Origin: Trichoplax sp. H2
Taxonomy: Eukaryota
NCBI GenBank assembly: GCA_003344405.1
Contig: NOWV01000208.1
Span: 62,001-126,000, forward strand
Reading direction: 5' to 3'
DNA length: 64,000 nucleotides
The notes beneath the pieces are model-generated. The model saw only the letters and a list, made by a program, of their open reading frames with translations. It was not told the origin of the DNA and ran no database searches. How positions within the stretch are numbered: the first letter of the stretch is position 1; every line of letters begins with the position of its first letter. The position numbers and the translations under genes are program-made. This document shows, piece after piece, positions 25,880 to 40,097 of the stretch.

Positions 25880-27808
25880 AATGGATCAATATATGTAATT
25901 TTGAAATTGTTATCCCAGTAAAAATATTTGATGCGATGGGTAGCTATTTCAACCCTGAAGTTATACTTTAACTGTTAATAAAGATTACATAGATGGATTA
26001 ATTTTAAGAAAATATTGGTAAGGTCATGAAAACTAGAAAGTAATACTATACCTCCTCATTGATTTAGGTAAAAATTAAAAAGCTTTCAAATTAGGTCAGA
26101 ACTTGGGTTTTATGAATTAAAGGAGATGTATTTCTATAGCTGTATTTCACTTGAGAATACATTCCAGTATTTAATGCTAAATTATTAACGTCTGCTAATT
26201 AATTATTCTTTAACACATACCTTATGTTTCTTAAATAATCTTTAAAACAATATATAGAACAGGTGATAAATAAAGCAAGTGTTTGTAAAAAAAGAAAGGA
26301 TGCCATCTATAGAATTGCAAATGGTAGCAATAAATTAATTAATTAACAGGCTTTTTACAATTAAGGCTCTAAGTAATAATGCCCTTTAATCCGAGTTTAG
26401 ATAATTCATTGGTAGGTAATCTGGATTAGTCTTCTTATAATATTTAAACAATTAAAAATCAAATGAAAACGAATTGAATTAAATTATGTAATATGCCTAA
26501 TCACTATTTTAATTTCAATCCAGTTTCGCAGCTTTAGCATATAAATCAATATTATATTTATTTTAAGCTCTAAATAACAAAAATAACAAGCACGACAAAG
26601 ATAAACCTATTTATTTTATAATGAGTTAGAAGGGCGTCGATGTCAAATTTCTAGAACAGTATAATAAGCTCATATTGTAGCTAGGGCAAAGATGTCTGTA
26701 GTTCATTAAATATGGCTTCCTATCCTTGCAAAGATTTCGCAATATGCTTTTGCAGTAATAATAAAAATTAATAATTTAATCTAGAGTTATTATGAACAAG
26801 TTTACTTGGGGATGACCTTTGTTATAAAGCAATTACTTACCAGATCACAGCCTTCCAGGATGCAAGATTACCTTGGTGATTTAGTAACGATATAAATTAA
26901 CCGTTCTAGTTAAGTTTTTATCTCTTTACGATTTACTTGTGTATCACTTTAGATTAATTTATTGAGGAAGCGATAGATTTGAAGCCATTTAACATCACTT
27001 CTTTCGATTTCAAGGCTTTTACAGGATAGAATATTATCCTTCACTTTCTGATGACTGAAGATCAATAAGTCCTAGTACAGATTTAAGTACTGCAGTTTTT
27101 AAGTTCAGCTTGTCTATTTTTTGATAAAAACATTGGCATTGAACTATCTTAAATTATGAATCCCCTAATAATTTCCTATCTTCAATCATTTATGCCTGTA
27201 ATAGCAGGTATCCACGGCTTGTTTTGTTTCTAGAACAAAGTTTACTAGTTAGATTGGTTTGACGATGTATTTTTTATAATCATGGTAATTTCCGGTGCCT
27301 GATTAAATAGCGGATTCTACTTAATCCAGTACCAATTAGATTAAAGTTGCCGCTATTTTCAACCAATTGGATTTGAAGAACACAAACTATTTTTACTGAT
27401 CACTATTATTAAACAAACGAAAATGAGCTGCCTAATTTGAGCAAAGAGAAAATTTATAATTTCCACGACGATGAAAACTAAGGCGAACAGCATTCTTAAA
27501 TTAGAATTTAATTCAGCGAATGTGTTTCCGTTATAATTTTGTGATAAAGTAAAGTAGTAGTTCCTCTAGTTTACAGACAAACGATAGTTAATGATATATT
27601 ATACGCACTTATATTGGCCAGAGATCGGGTTTAGCAGTAACACCTCTAATAGATAAAATTATGAAGATAATATTTAATTCTACAACAAAGTTTACTTGAA
27701 AAGAAAGTTTTAAAATTAATTTTGTAATTTACCGTAAAAAATAGCTTCAGGGATATTAATGTTATCAATACCTTTTGCCAATCTAACTAGGCTTCCTCTC
27801 GTATCGAC

Positions 27809-28274
27809 TGTGATATGACTGATCACAAAATTTCAAAATTTTTTAGAAAATTAAAACTTTATTCGATCTCTACGCAAGGACAATCGGCTCATAGTTCTGC
27901 TCTATCCGAATACAACTATGGGAAAGACTTCCAGGCAGACCTACGAGATAATCTAAAATTGACTGTTTTTTAAATACCCCCGATAACTCTTCGTAGCTCT
28001 TAGTAGCATTGCAGTTACAATCAACATAGCCTATTTCTACCTTAACTTTTACACGTATTCAAATTATTGTTAATATCAACATTTTACAGTGGACCATCTA
28101 TATTCCAATGCGGTAACGATATGCACTAATAAATATGAACATTGATATTTACAGAAAACTATGCTGTTGTACACTGTACTAATCATGGTGCAGAGTATGA
28201 ACTTTTAATCCTTAGTTCATACTAGCCGCAATCAATATTTACTTTATTTAGACATACAATTCTGTACAGCAACA
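27809..28274 (-). mobile_element. Highly diverged relative of solo-LTR family A (right boundary uncertain)
   Basis: TGTGATATGACTGATCACAAAATTTCAAAATT...TAGAAAA...CTTTATT matches the terminus of 30653; no TSD found. Confidence 0.5.
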
Positions 28275-29436
28275 TATCCATGTATTCCCTAAAACAAGAC
28301 TACTGTAATCAGCTGAAATTATTTATATAGCAGGATCCAGAGACATGTAATCTGTAGCGTTAGAACAACTAGAAAAAACTTTATAGGTATGTTCTCCCTG
28401 GAAGTAATCTAAAAAATCTTTTCCATCTACCATGAAAGATTTTACTTCTAGTTGCTCCAGGTGTGGTACGGTATTCTGTATATAATATGGTACATACTTA
28501 AGGTCAAAATAACTGTTTTGTGCGACAACGCCATATTTCTATCTCATCTATATATTTATTAATTAATGTATGAGAATATGGGTATAATGTCAGTGCCAAG
28601 GAACTGTTGAAGTTTGTTTTTACGATCGTTTCGTCTCGAGATAGGCTCACCGTAGATTACCGTTGATGGACTTAAATTGATAGGTCATATAAGATTACTT
28701 ANNNNNNNNNNNNNNNNNNNNAATCATGGTGCAGAGTATGAACTTTTAATCCTTAGTTCATACTAGCCGCAATCAATATTTACTTTATTTAGACATACAA
28801 TTCTGTACAGCAACATATCCATGTATTCCCTAAAACAAGACTACTGTAATCAGCTGAAATTATTTATATAGCAGGATCCAGGGACATGACGTAGGTTGCC
28901 TGTCTATTAATTTTTTTTGTAATTTATTGCTTTATATATTAATGTTTCCGCTTGTTTGAACGGGTAATTTACTATTTATATATATATATATATATGTTAT
29001 ATAATCTATAATGCGAATAAACGGTATCGTTATATTAGTTGCTTAATGCACGCCATGCATGTTTATTAAAAACTAGTCATAATCTGTAGCGTTAGAACAG
29101 CTAGAAAAAAATTTATAGGTATGTTCTCCCAGGAAGTAATCTAAAAAATCTTCTTTTCCATCTACCATGAAAGATTCTACTTCTAGTTGCTCCAGGCGTG
29201 GTACGGTATTCTGTATATAATATGGTACATACTTAAGGTCAAAATACCTATATTGTGCGACAACGCCATATTTCTATCTCAACTATATATTTATTAATTA
29301 ATGTATGAGAATATGGGTATAATGTCAGTGCCAAGGAACTGTTGAAGTTTGTTTTTACGATCGTTTCGTCTCGAGATAGGCTCACCGTAGATTACCGTTG
29401 ACGGACTTAAATTGATAGGTCATATAAGATTACTTA
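28181..29436. repeat. Gap-flanking duplicate (28181-28701 vs 28722-29436) differing by a ~191-bp indel
   Basis: Colinear near-identical copies around the N-gap at 28702-28721; extra segment 28889-29079. Confidence 0.9.
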
Positions 29437-30652
29437 TAATTGTAACTACAGTCGAATGTCTATATAAGCGAGCGAGTAAATAGCTTCTAGGAAATTGAAA
29501 AAAACGATCAAAACAAATAATGGATCGAGGATCAACGGCAAAGGCTCCAGTTTTACTTCATGCACAAAGGAGGGCATACTGAAATTTTGTTCCAGTTCTA
29601 TATACAGGTAAATCTATAAAAATACGTCAGATATCTGATGCTGTCAGGAGTAGTAATTTAAAAGCTAACTATTAGCTATTTTATTCGATCGAAAATGACC
29701 GATCACATAATTGGCTCAGTGTCGATATATAAGAATACTATTAAACGTGACTATATAAATCTATCATACATGTAGAAATGACTAGTGGCTTGTATTAGAA
29801 ATTTCAAAGATAATAAAATAATTCAAAACTGCGGTATAAGTTCTTCAAATTCCAAAGCCTCAAGGTTGTAAGGGTCTGCTTTATTTAAAATTTTAGCAAA
29901 ATTTGAAAGTCAATTCCTTGAACATTTACACATTTAACTATGGGCTGCAATATTGCTGAATAGTTTTAAACAACATTCGCTCGTTGCGCACCTAGAATAA
30001 TGATCTATTGCTCTGCTGTTACCTCCAATATTAAATAGTAGTTCATAATAGCGAAATTGATCATCATGACAAATCAAAAAATTCTTGAATGGAAAGGTAT
30101 GTTATTTTTTTTTTACTACACATTTCTCATCGAAATATCGATTGTCTGTTGTGCATTTAAGTATTCTTCTATACCGTGCTTTCGTGCTTATGTTTCACTA
30201 CTAGCACAGTGCAAGGTTCTTTGCTATGTTCATTCTTAGATGTCAATTTTTAAGTCAGAGAACAGTGTATAAGGTAGTCGCATATCTATTTTTATTAGTC
30301 TGTAGTTAATTAAACTTCCTTGGTATACATACCAGAAAGTTTTCAAGGTTTATGGGCCTTTATATGTATTTATCTTTCATAGAATTGCTGCTTATACTCA
30401 ATTTTTAATATTTGATCAATACGCTCTTATGTAATATATAGTATCTTCCTTCTTAATGTTACGAGAGAAATCTTTATTTTTTAATTTAAAGAAGCTATTG
30501 TTACCAGACTTAGAGATCTTTATCGCATATTCATTTAATAACATCCCAGAAAATTGTTAGAAATTAGTATATTGATCGGCTTCATAAAAGTTTCTGTCGA
30601 ATTTTTTACATAGCTGCATTCAACATTACTATTATTACTTCCTTAATAACTG

Positions 30653-31203
30653 TGTGATATATACCGATCACGAAATTCCAAATTTTAGAAAAAATAAGAG
30701 CTTTATTGAATCTTATACAAAGATTAACTACACACAGCTCTCTCTAGCCGAATACTACTACTAAAGACTTCTACGACGAACTAACAGAATAATCTAACGT
30801 TGCATGCTTTTATACTTTTCGTAGCATTCGCAGCTACAATCTGCATGGCAATCTTTTACCTTATTTTGCACATAGTTAAACTATTCTTAGTAAGACTATT
30901 TTACTGCGGATCATCATTAATCCGATATGGATACGACTACGGTATTAATGTAGACATTATTCACACCAGCCAAAGTACAATGAATTAACCATATCCTAAT
31001 ATATGATTTACAGTTCTATTTTTACCTATAGCCTTATTAGTAACTCAACACTTTAGTGTACTTGGTCATCTGTACTCTAGCATAGAGTCAATACTACTAC
31101 AGTCTATAGATATAGCTACCAAATATCTCTTAGGATAAATATCTACCGTACATTATACTAAACATGTCTAACAGTCTACAGTCACAATACTAGTTACATT
31201 ACA
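30653..31203 (-). mobile_element. Solo-LTR family A, 551 bp, perfect TSD AACTG
   Basis: AACTG|TGTGATA...CATTACA|AACTG. Confidence 0.92.
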
Positions 31204-31646
31204 AACTGGTACAATGTCAAACTTTAATGCTAGTTAAGCGATAGATGCTATTTGTTATCCTATCAGCTAAATAACTACGCTCAATGAGTTGTTTATACTT
31301 GTCTATGGACCTTAATCAATTTCATTCTATTGATTCATTAATAAAAATCTATATTTATCATATCGCCCGATTTCAATTTATCTAAAACATTACAGTACCT
31401 AAATCAGCTACTCCATATTTGCTTATCCATCAATAATAACATTATTTACCATCAAAACCATTGCGCATTACAACATTCTTATGGATTTAAATTTTATTCA
31501 CGGCAGTTACAACATCATGATACTGATTACTTTCTGACAGGTCTTTAATAGGATTAAAAAATAGTAATAAATGTTTAGGGTAATTGAATGCGGAATTTGT
31601 AATTAATCAATAATGCCTGCCCGTAACATTAAAATTTAAATTTTAT

Positions 31647-32771
31647 TCAGCTGTCATAGCTTCCAAGGACTCTAGTAATTGTTAGCTTCGGAACAGCTGA
31701 GTGCTTTATGGCACCTCTCGGCTTGGTGATTATACAGCTGCAATGAGTTGGATAGCAGCTTGTAAATACTGTAGTGCGAATGGTGTAATTATAATATAAG
31801 TAGATTATAGGATTCAGCAGGCATGATATTATAATAAAAATTAGTCCTAACTGTACTAAAGAGGTTTCGTTTTGGTTAAACTGTATTAAATAATCTGTCA
31901 AAGATCTTCTGCTGAATGACACAGCAATATAAGCTAAGAAAATGGGCAAGCAAGTTGACATAAATCCAAGTGTAACTAGAATTAGCATTTTAATAGTATT
32001 TAGATGGCGCTGACGGTTATGTCGAAAGGCTAAGATACGGCTATATTGTTGATCGGAGTGAACGATGTTTTTTCTATATAGGAATTGGATTATTTTAAAA
32101 TAGCTGATAGCAATTAGAATAGCTGGTAATAGAAATGATATACAAAACAGAATCATAACATATGTGATATTAAAGGAGGGTCCAAAATAAGCAACATTAC
32201 ATATCCAGGCATTTTTAGGATCAACATTAGTTAAAATAATTAAAGGCCACGCCATTGATATACCAGCTATCCAACTAAATCCAGCCATCATCCGCAGTTT
32301 TAAAGGTGTGTTAAAGAAAGAAGTCTTTAATGGCTTGGAAGGCAATACTGTATGGTATCTCTCGATGCTAATAGCCGCTAGTGTGAAAGTCGAAGCGGTA
32401 AAGGCTGCCACATCGCTAAACATTGCAATTTTACATGTTATTGCTAGAAAAGATGTGGAAGTGTTAGTCAGAGCAAGGTAATAGTGAAGAATAATTATGG
32501 CAGATGACCAAATAACGATCATACAATCTGAGATTGCCCTATTTATCATCAGATAATAAGTTGATGTATGGAGCTCTTTTTTCTTGATAATAGCGTAACA
32601 AATCATGCAATTAGCTATAATAACAAATATAGACGGAAAAATTATAAATGGTAGAACAATTCTGATTAACTTGAATCGATTGAACGCATATTTGTTATTT
32701 TCTGACGAATTAATAGTATGATTAATTTCTGGTAACGCAGCTGTCCATAAATCGAAAGATGATGTAGACAT
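31647..32771 (-). CDS. Intronless class A GPCR, 374 aa
   Basis: 7TM; INRAISD; CK; SIERY; WIC; CLP; NPIIY. Confidence 0.94.
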   Translation of the reverse strand: MSTSSFDLWTAALPEINHTINSSENNKYAFNRFKLIRIVLPFIIFPSIFVIIANCMICYAIIKKKELHTSTYYLMINRAISDCMIVIWSSAIIILHYYLALTNTSTSFLAITCKIAMFSDVAAFTASTFTLAAISIERYHTVLPSKPLKTSFFNTPLKLRMMAGFSWIAGISMAWPLIILTNVDPKNAWICNVAYFGPSFNITYVMILFCISFLLPAILIAISYFKIIQFLYRKNIVHSDQQYSRILAFRHNRQRHLNTIKMLILVTLGFMSTCLPIFLAYIAVSFSRRSLTDYLIQFNQNETSLVQLGLIFIIISCLLNPIIYLYYNYTIRTTVFTSCYPTHCSCIITKPRGAIKHSAVPKLTITRVLGSYDS

Positions 32772-33069
32772 GATGAAAATGTGCCAATTTGGAATACAAG
32801 TTTATGATTCTATGATTGACGATTTAATATTTTGTACCGTAGTAATAAGCAAAATTGGTAGTACTCGTAAAGTTACCAAAATTTTTTTACCAATAAATAG
32901 AAAGACAGTTGGTGATTAAAAGAGAAATTTGATGCTATGCAAAAAATAGATATATGGGTTCTGTGATAGTTGCATAGATTGTAATATTAATGAATACGTG
33001 CCGTACTAATTTTTCATTACGTAATCCATAATAATTAATTAATGTTATTTATTTGCATAATTAACAGCT

Positions 33070-33625
33070 TGTTACGAAACAGCTTTGCAACAAGATAGCG
33101 TAATGTACGATCTATAAGTCAATTCCTTGAACCACGTATCAAGGAACGATATCTGCACTATCACAAACACTTTTGCTCTACTAGCAGACTACACAAAGAC
33201 TTAAACGCTTCATACATTTTACGTTAAACACTAAGTTTGAGAAATCCTCTTTATTACACGATATACTGCATTTATATTCTATTCCTCAATAGTTCATGAG
33301 CCATAGTTAGTACGATTAACTATGGAATCATTTATTAAATTAGATATTAAATTTAGCTACTGCTCCCTTAATGCAGACAACAGTATTTACGAACATAGAT
33401 ATTTGATGACTAATACAGAATAGTCAGATTACGATATGTCCTATCACAGAACATTTCCACGATAATTTACAATCTAATATAAGTAAGTTATAATCATAAT
33501 GATTCGAACTGTAAGTAGATGATTTGCATTCCCTATTATAACTATTAATTCAGTATGTGTATTTGTGTCACTGTCATAAAAAATCAATGCTATATTAAAA
33601 GGCAGTATATCCAAATTAGAAGTTA
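33070..33625 (-). mobile_element. Solo-LTR-like copy of the 59626-60255 family (right end uncertain)
   Basis: Starts TGTTACGAAACAGCTTTGC; colinear with 59626-60180 for about 550 bp, then diverges. Confidence 0.8.
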
Positions 33626-34994
33626 ACTAAATAAATTAAGCAGTCGAAATTGTCAGTCTAAGATAATCTGAATAGTTACACTTAACCGCTGGTAAGTGTA
33701 CTGTACTTAATATCAGCAGTCAGGTACGATAATTTGGACTGCAACACTTAGTTACACCAGTACAGTACACGTACTTATAGATAAGCAAAGCAAATTTATA
33801 AAAGTGACTATAAATGTTCTAGAAATTGATACCACTTATATGGAACTATAGGCATGATGAAACATAATTTATAGTCAGTTAAGCAAATGTGGAAGATATG
33901 TTTAAAAATTTATATTAAACTAACAAGATTATTGTTATTTAGCCAATAAATTACTTAACAGACTGAGTAGCGGCAATAAAGATATAACATTGAATTTTAT
34001 AGCATTATAAGACATTCGGTAGAATTCCTGACGGGTCAATCTTATATTTATTTTCAAATTTTAGACTTGTATTACACAATCAGTAAAGAAATTATTCAGG
34101 GGCGTTAAAGAAAGGCTTCGGTTTCTAACTAAAATTTACTGTAATCTTTAAGTTTTTATTATTTATTTGACCTATTACTAACAATTTGTGTAGTTGTTAC
34201 ATTGTCTGCATAATTCTGCAAATACTAGCTACAAAGAAAGCCTGGTTTATAAAGCTATTGTAGGTTCTCAAATTCAAATTCAATGTCTCTTTCATATTGT
34301 CATGGTGCTATCTGAATAGCGTATAAAAATAGCAAAGCATTCCATTGCTAGTGATATATTTATTTATTAAAGTCGAATTATACAGTACCGCAGTATTAGT
34401 TGCTCTACGCCAAATCAAGTGTCCACTGAGAGATAGTATGTTTTCTTTTATATTTACTTTCATGTGAAATAAGGTTCTATAAGTGAAAATAAAAACTTTG
34501 CAACTTCAATTTAAAATTAGTTCAATTTTTGAATATTTAGGCTAAGATGCAAAATTTTCAAATGTTCTGATAATTGTAAGTCTTCTTTAAATACCTTGAT
34601 AACAATTAGTAGAACATCTACCTGAAATAAATACGGAATACTTCCATTATAAAAGAGAAGAAAGTATCGCAAATTTTATTTACCAATATTGCTATCTTGT
34701 ACGCACCAATTCGTTAAACTACAGTAGTCTATAATTTATGACAAGCGCTGGTATAAAATAACTCTTCATTATACGAATTTTACAAGGAACATACTAGATT
34801 TTTATAAAATCTTTGGTTTGATGATCAGAAACAGCCTGGAGATGGTATTGATACTGAGATTAATAGTAAAGTTCTTGCTTTATTTGACTTCATTTTGAAT
34901 GATATAGATTATCTGACTTATTCTTACTAAAAATGACTGCTAATTTTCTTAAGAAAAGAATAGTTATGTCTACACTTTTGATGTATTTGCTGCA

Positions 34995-36012
34995 ACCTTT
35001 GATAAATTTAGCTGGAACGACACTATTACCTAGAGTATGACTATATCTACATTAATTAATTAATACACCTTGAATAGATCGATTATAATACAAATAGATC
35101 AATGGATTAAGCAAACAAGGCAAGGTGAATGTCACAATAGTAAGTTGGGGTACGAAGGATGTATTTACCCTGTTTACATAAAAATACTTAGCCGTGCTTT
35201 GTGATTGAATCGATACGTTAATGTAACCAAGGAAGATTGGATAACAAGATATCATGAAAGATGCTGTTATTAAAATTAACATTTTAATTGTATTACGCTG
35301 ACGTTGACGATTGTTTTTGAATTCCTGACAAAGAGGATGTCTTCAGCCATTTTTCGATACATTTTGATATAAATATTGAATTATTCTGCCATACGTAATA
35401 ATGATAATGATAGAAGGTACCAGGATTAGGATTACAAATATCGTGATGAATTATGGTATGTTAAGTGATGGGCTGATATATGCTGCATTACAAACATACG
35501 GATAGTTAATATCGACACTATTGAGTAAGAGAAAAGGCAATGCTATAATAAATCCAGCAAGCCAGCTATATCCTATCAGCAGTCGAAATTTTAATGGTGT
35601 ATTGAAATAAGAAGAGCGACTCACTATCACAAACGAAATAGCGTAATAGCTGCTAATGTATAGGTTGATGAATGATAACTTATATAATTGAAGAAAGGTA
35701 TAATTTTGCATAATACAACAAGTAAAGGTGTTGATGCAACATAATCTGTTAAACAGTAGTCAAATCCTGTCAAAAGAGAAAACACAGCTAAAACTAAACA
35801 ATCAGAAATTGCCATATTGATCATTAATACGTGACAGTGTACAGTTCTTTCTTTTTGATAATTACATAACAAATAATACAATTAGCAGCAATTCCTAAAA
35901 GACTTATTATAACTATCGTTGGTAATACAATCTTCAAGGCTTGATGTTGATGCCAAGCAAATTCACGTAGCGCCGATATGTTAGGTGTTTGATTCGTATG
36001 AACTATCATCAT
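34995..36012 (-). pseudogene. GPCR pseudogene, closest paralog of 40098-41138
   Basis: Four ORF fragments in different frames (MMIVHTNQTPNISALREFAW, INMAISD, GYSWLAGF, NPLIY); small deletions near 35827 and 35630 plus premature stops. Confidence 0.92.
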
Positions 36013-36294
36013 GTAAGACTTGTCATCAAAGTTTTGTATCGCATATCCATTATACCACTAAACGAATATTGTAATGATCCTTACAGTGCTAATCCAATAT
36101 TTATTGGATCGATTTGAATTCTACTGTACTTCTAATGTAGCATCATAATCGAATGTCTTTAAATACCACTCAGTACAATAGAGGCTCTTTATTTTATTAA
36201 AGCTTCCGATATATTAGATCTAATGCATGGACTACTAGATAATATATCACCTAGCTATCTATATTCGATCTTACTAGGTAAGATGTTGACACCA

Positions 36295-37660
36295 AATATT
36301 CTGAATTGTTTCTACGAGAAATATTAATGACTTGTCACTAATCTGTATCAAATCTTTCAAATTTAGATATTTCAATGCTAGAGCTGGATCACGTCCAAAT
36401 CTGTCGCATATAGCCAATTTATCATCGTTAATTACGCTAATCAAAAACTTTTATATGACTATCACAACTACTTTTCTGACGTTAGTATCGCTGGGTATTG
36501 ACAGTTGATGTTTTAGCGTCAGATTGTACTGTAACTGTACGAGTATAGACTACATTACAGTACTTTATCGTCATGTTATAAATCCTCTTTCTCTAAGGAT
36601 AGGGTTTTGCTACTAAGTCAAATTCCTTTACAATTTGAATAGACGATCAAACGCCCTTTCTTTAGATTAGGCAATTGCTCTCGGGCTACTTCTATAGTAA
36701 TGTCTATATAATACCTTGTAAAATAATGAAGAAGAAAAGATGGCGACATGATGATTTGGCGGGGTAAAACTTGAAGACACTATCACTTTCTTGATATTTT
36801 TTATAGTAAAATAATACTAGTTTGTAATGTAACTTAGTATTGTGATTGTAGACTGTTAGCCATGTGTAGTATAATGTACGGTAGATATTTATCCTAAGAG
36901 ATATTTGGTAGCTGTAACTATAGACTGTAGTGGTAGAGACTCTATGCTAGAGTACAGATGACTATATACAGTAAGCTGTTGAGTTACTAATATGGCTATA
37001 GGTAGAAATAGAACTGTAAATCATATATTAGGATATGGTTAATTCATTGTACTTTGGCTGGTGTGAATAATGTCTACGTAAGTACTGTAGTCGTATCCAT
37101 ATTGGATTAATGATGGTCCGCAGTAGAATAGTCTTACTAAGAATAATTTAACTATGTGTAAAATAAGGTAAAAGGTTGCCATGCGGATTGTAGCTGCGAA
37201 TGCTANNNNNNNNNNNNNNNNNNNNAATATTCTGAATTGTTTCTACGAGAAATATTAATGACTTGTCACTAATCTGTATCAAATCTTTCAAATTTAGATA
37301 TTTCAATACTAGAGCTGGATCACGTCCGAACCTGTCGCATATAGCCAATTTATCATCGTTAATTATACTGTAACTGTACGATTATAGACTACATTACAGT
37401 ACTTTATCGTCATGTTATAAATCCCATTTCTCTAAGGATAGGGCTTTGCTACTAAGTCAAATTCCTTTACAATTTGAATAGACGATCAAACGCACTTTCT
37501 TTAGATTAGGCAATTGCTCTCGCGCTACTTCTATAATAATGTCTATATAATACCTTGTAAAATAATGAAGAAGAAAAGATGGCGACATGATGATTTGGCA
37601 GGGTAAAACTTAAAGACACTATCACTTTCTTGATATTGTTTATAGTAAAATAATACTAGT
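36295..37660. repeat. Gap-flanking duplicate (36295-36822 vs 37226-37660); the first copy carries an LTR insertion
   Basis: Near-identical copies around the N-gap at 37206-37225; the second lacks about 90 bp and the LTR. Confidence 0.88.
36823..37205 (+). mobile_element. Solo-LTR family A, truncated by the gap
   Basis: ATAATACTAGTT|TGTAATGTAAC...; near-identical to the reverse complement of 30653-31203; empty site ATAATACTAGTCACATAC at about 37650. Confidence 0.88.
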
Positions 37661-40097
37661 CACATACTAAAAGCTACAAACGACTCTACTTTTTAGTCCT
37701 TTACTACATTTGAATCTCGCTTAAACCCCATCTGTCTTGGAACACCAATTAACTGTTATCCCCTATAACAGCAGTGTAGGAAAGAAATTACTCTCTCAAT
37801 CCTTATTGCAAGTTGCGCCTATTTCTAGCTCGTAGCAATTCCTTTAAATGTCACATTGGTTACAGTTCTAAGCGGCAGTATTTTTTACTAGGGAATGATA
37901 AGTGATTGATGTAGTTGCAGTAGTAATATTGATTAAAAATTTTTAACTAAAATTTTATAAGCTTATTAAATGCCTGTAAAGATCAGAAGAGACTAATTCA
38001 ATGCATACGACAACTTACGTGTGATGCCTAGTTTATGTAGCAACCAAAGATAGTAAACGAAATCCAGTAATCCTGATTGCAATTCTAGAACGATAAGTTG
38101 CTGTATGCTCTCACTTTTAAGTTCAAAGTCTATTTTCTTATTGACAAGGTATTATCTAGACGTCTTATTAGAATAGCAGATCTGTTATAATTCTACGCTG
38201 TAATTTCGCAGAACTCGCTCTGCTTAAGCACTCTGGTCAGTCACTACACTTGAAGAATGAAAGCTAAGGATTATGTATTTGCAATCAAATGCTTTTACTC
38301 TGTGAACAAAATCACATAAGCCAACAAAACTAGAACTCAGAGTTACTAACTGAGAACCGCTCGCCATATATTGCGTTCTTATAAAGTCTTGCAGCTGATT
38401 GTCTGCTGAATATGCATTACCAATCAAATGATTGGTTACAAATAAGTTTAATCAGATATCTTATCACAGTAGTCTCAATATGCCGAGTTTAATAGCAGTG
38501 CATGTTGAGCAATTATGGGTTTTGCACACATTAGTAATAACTTTCCTTAATAAGGAATTATAACAAAATTAAGCCATTATCATTGAGAAAGTCATTTGAA
38601 AAAGTCGATACGTAAGTGTCTAATTAAAGATAGAACTATAATGACTTTCATGTAGGATAAGGTTTTATTAGTTAAATAAAATTTTGTAAATTTAATTTAA
38701 AATCAGATGAAATTTTAAATATTTAGGATAAGATACAAAATTCTTGTATGCTCTGATAATTTATGTATTTTTTTAATGCATTGATAGCAATTAATAGAAT
38801 ATATATGAAATAAATAGGGAATATTTCAATAATAAGACTGAAAAAGCATAGATAATTATAATAGCTAATATTGCCAATTTAATTCACTAAATTTTTAAAC
38901 TACAGAAATTTAAAATTTTGACGTATATTCGGGTGAAGTGGCTTTTTTAGGATACAAATTGTACTAGAAACATACGAGATTTTTTTAATTCCCTGATTCG
39001 AAATCGAGATTAAAAGTACAGCAAGACGGAGCTAGTAGATCTTCAGGCTATTGCGATTACTGGTAGGATTATTATTTTATACTACGTTCTTCGCTTAATT
39101 TATTTTAAATTTACGTATCTAGAAAAACTGTATCTAATGCACTTTTGCTTTACAGTAATCAGCAAAATAAAAATGGTAATTCTGTTTCGTAGAAGATTGT
39201 TTAAGATATTACAAATTCAATAAGTTAATATGAAGCTTGGCGAAGGACAAATAGATCATTATTTCTGATGTTCATCTCTTATTTATTTTTCCTTGATTGA
39301 TTATTTTATTGCATTTGAACCCAGGTCAGAATGAAATAGATAATAATCAATGAAAAAATCATAATCCTATTGCATTAATACAATTAATATGATAACATTT
39401 TAGCGAATTTATGTGGATAATAACAGAATCAGATATCTTGAACACAGCCAATAAAATTGATCATTTCTAACCGTTAAACGAAACTCTATCTAACAACTAT
39501 CAAATACTCTCTGTTCAAAGAATATTCACGATATCTATAACCTATAATAAACACAAAAGGATATCATGATTCATAATTAATTAATCTAGGGCTGGATTAC
39601 GTCCTATTGTGATCGTGGATAACAAATTTTTATGATACTATCGCCGAGTAAGCTATTTTAGATCAGTTTGCGAAAGATTTTATAGCCTAGAAGACTATTA
39701 TTACAAATCCATCGAAAGTATAATCAAGGATAAAATTTAAACTTTTAAATTTACCAACACATATAAGATTACATAGCTTTATGTCATTGTACACAAGAGA
39801 TTCATTAGCTAAATATAAGCTTATTGTAACAAATAAGGCAGTTTGCAAGAATTATATTTAAGACAAAGATGTATGATAAAAGGATACTGTGAAAAGAGTC
39901 ATCTCAATGAGTAAATCACGCATTACAAAGTTATATATGTGGTTTGGCGATCGGAAATAGTCAGAGAATGGTATTGATACTAGTGTTGATGGTAAAGTAG
40001 TTCTAGCTTAATTTCACTTCTCTTTGAATTATAAAAATTATTTAAATTATTCTTAGTAAACAAGATGATTATTTTATTTGAGAACTAATATTCATAT

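Noticed and set aside
29907..29923. 17-bp match AAGTCAATTCCTTGAAC to the 33070/59626 LTR family
   Set aside because: The similarity does not visibly extend; too short to call an element.
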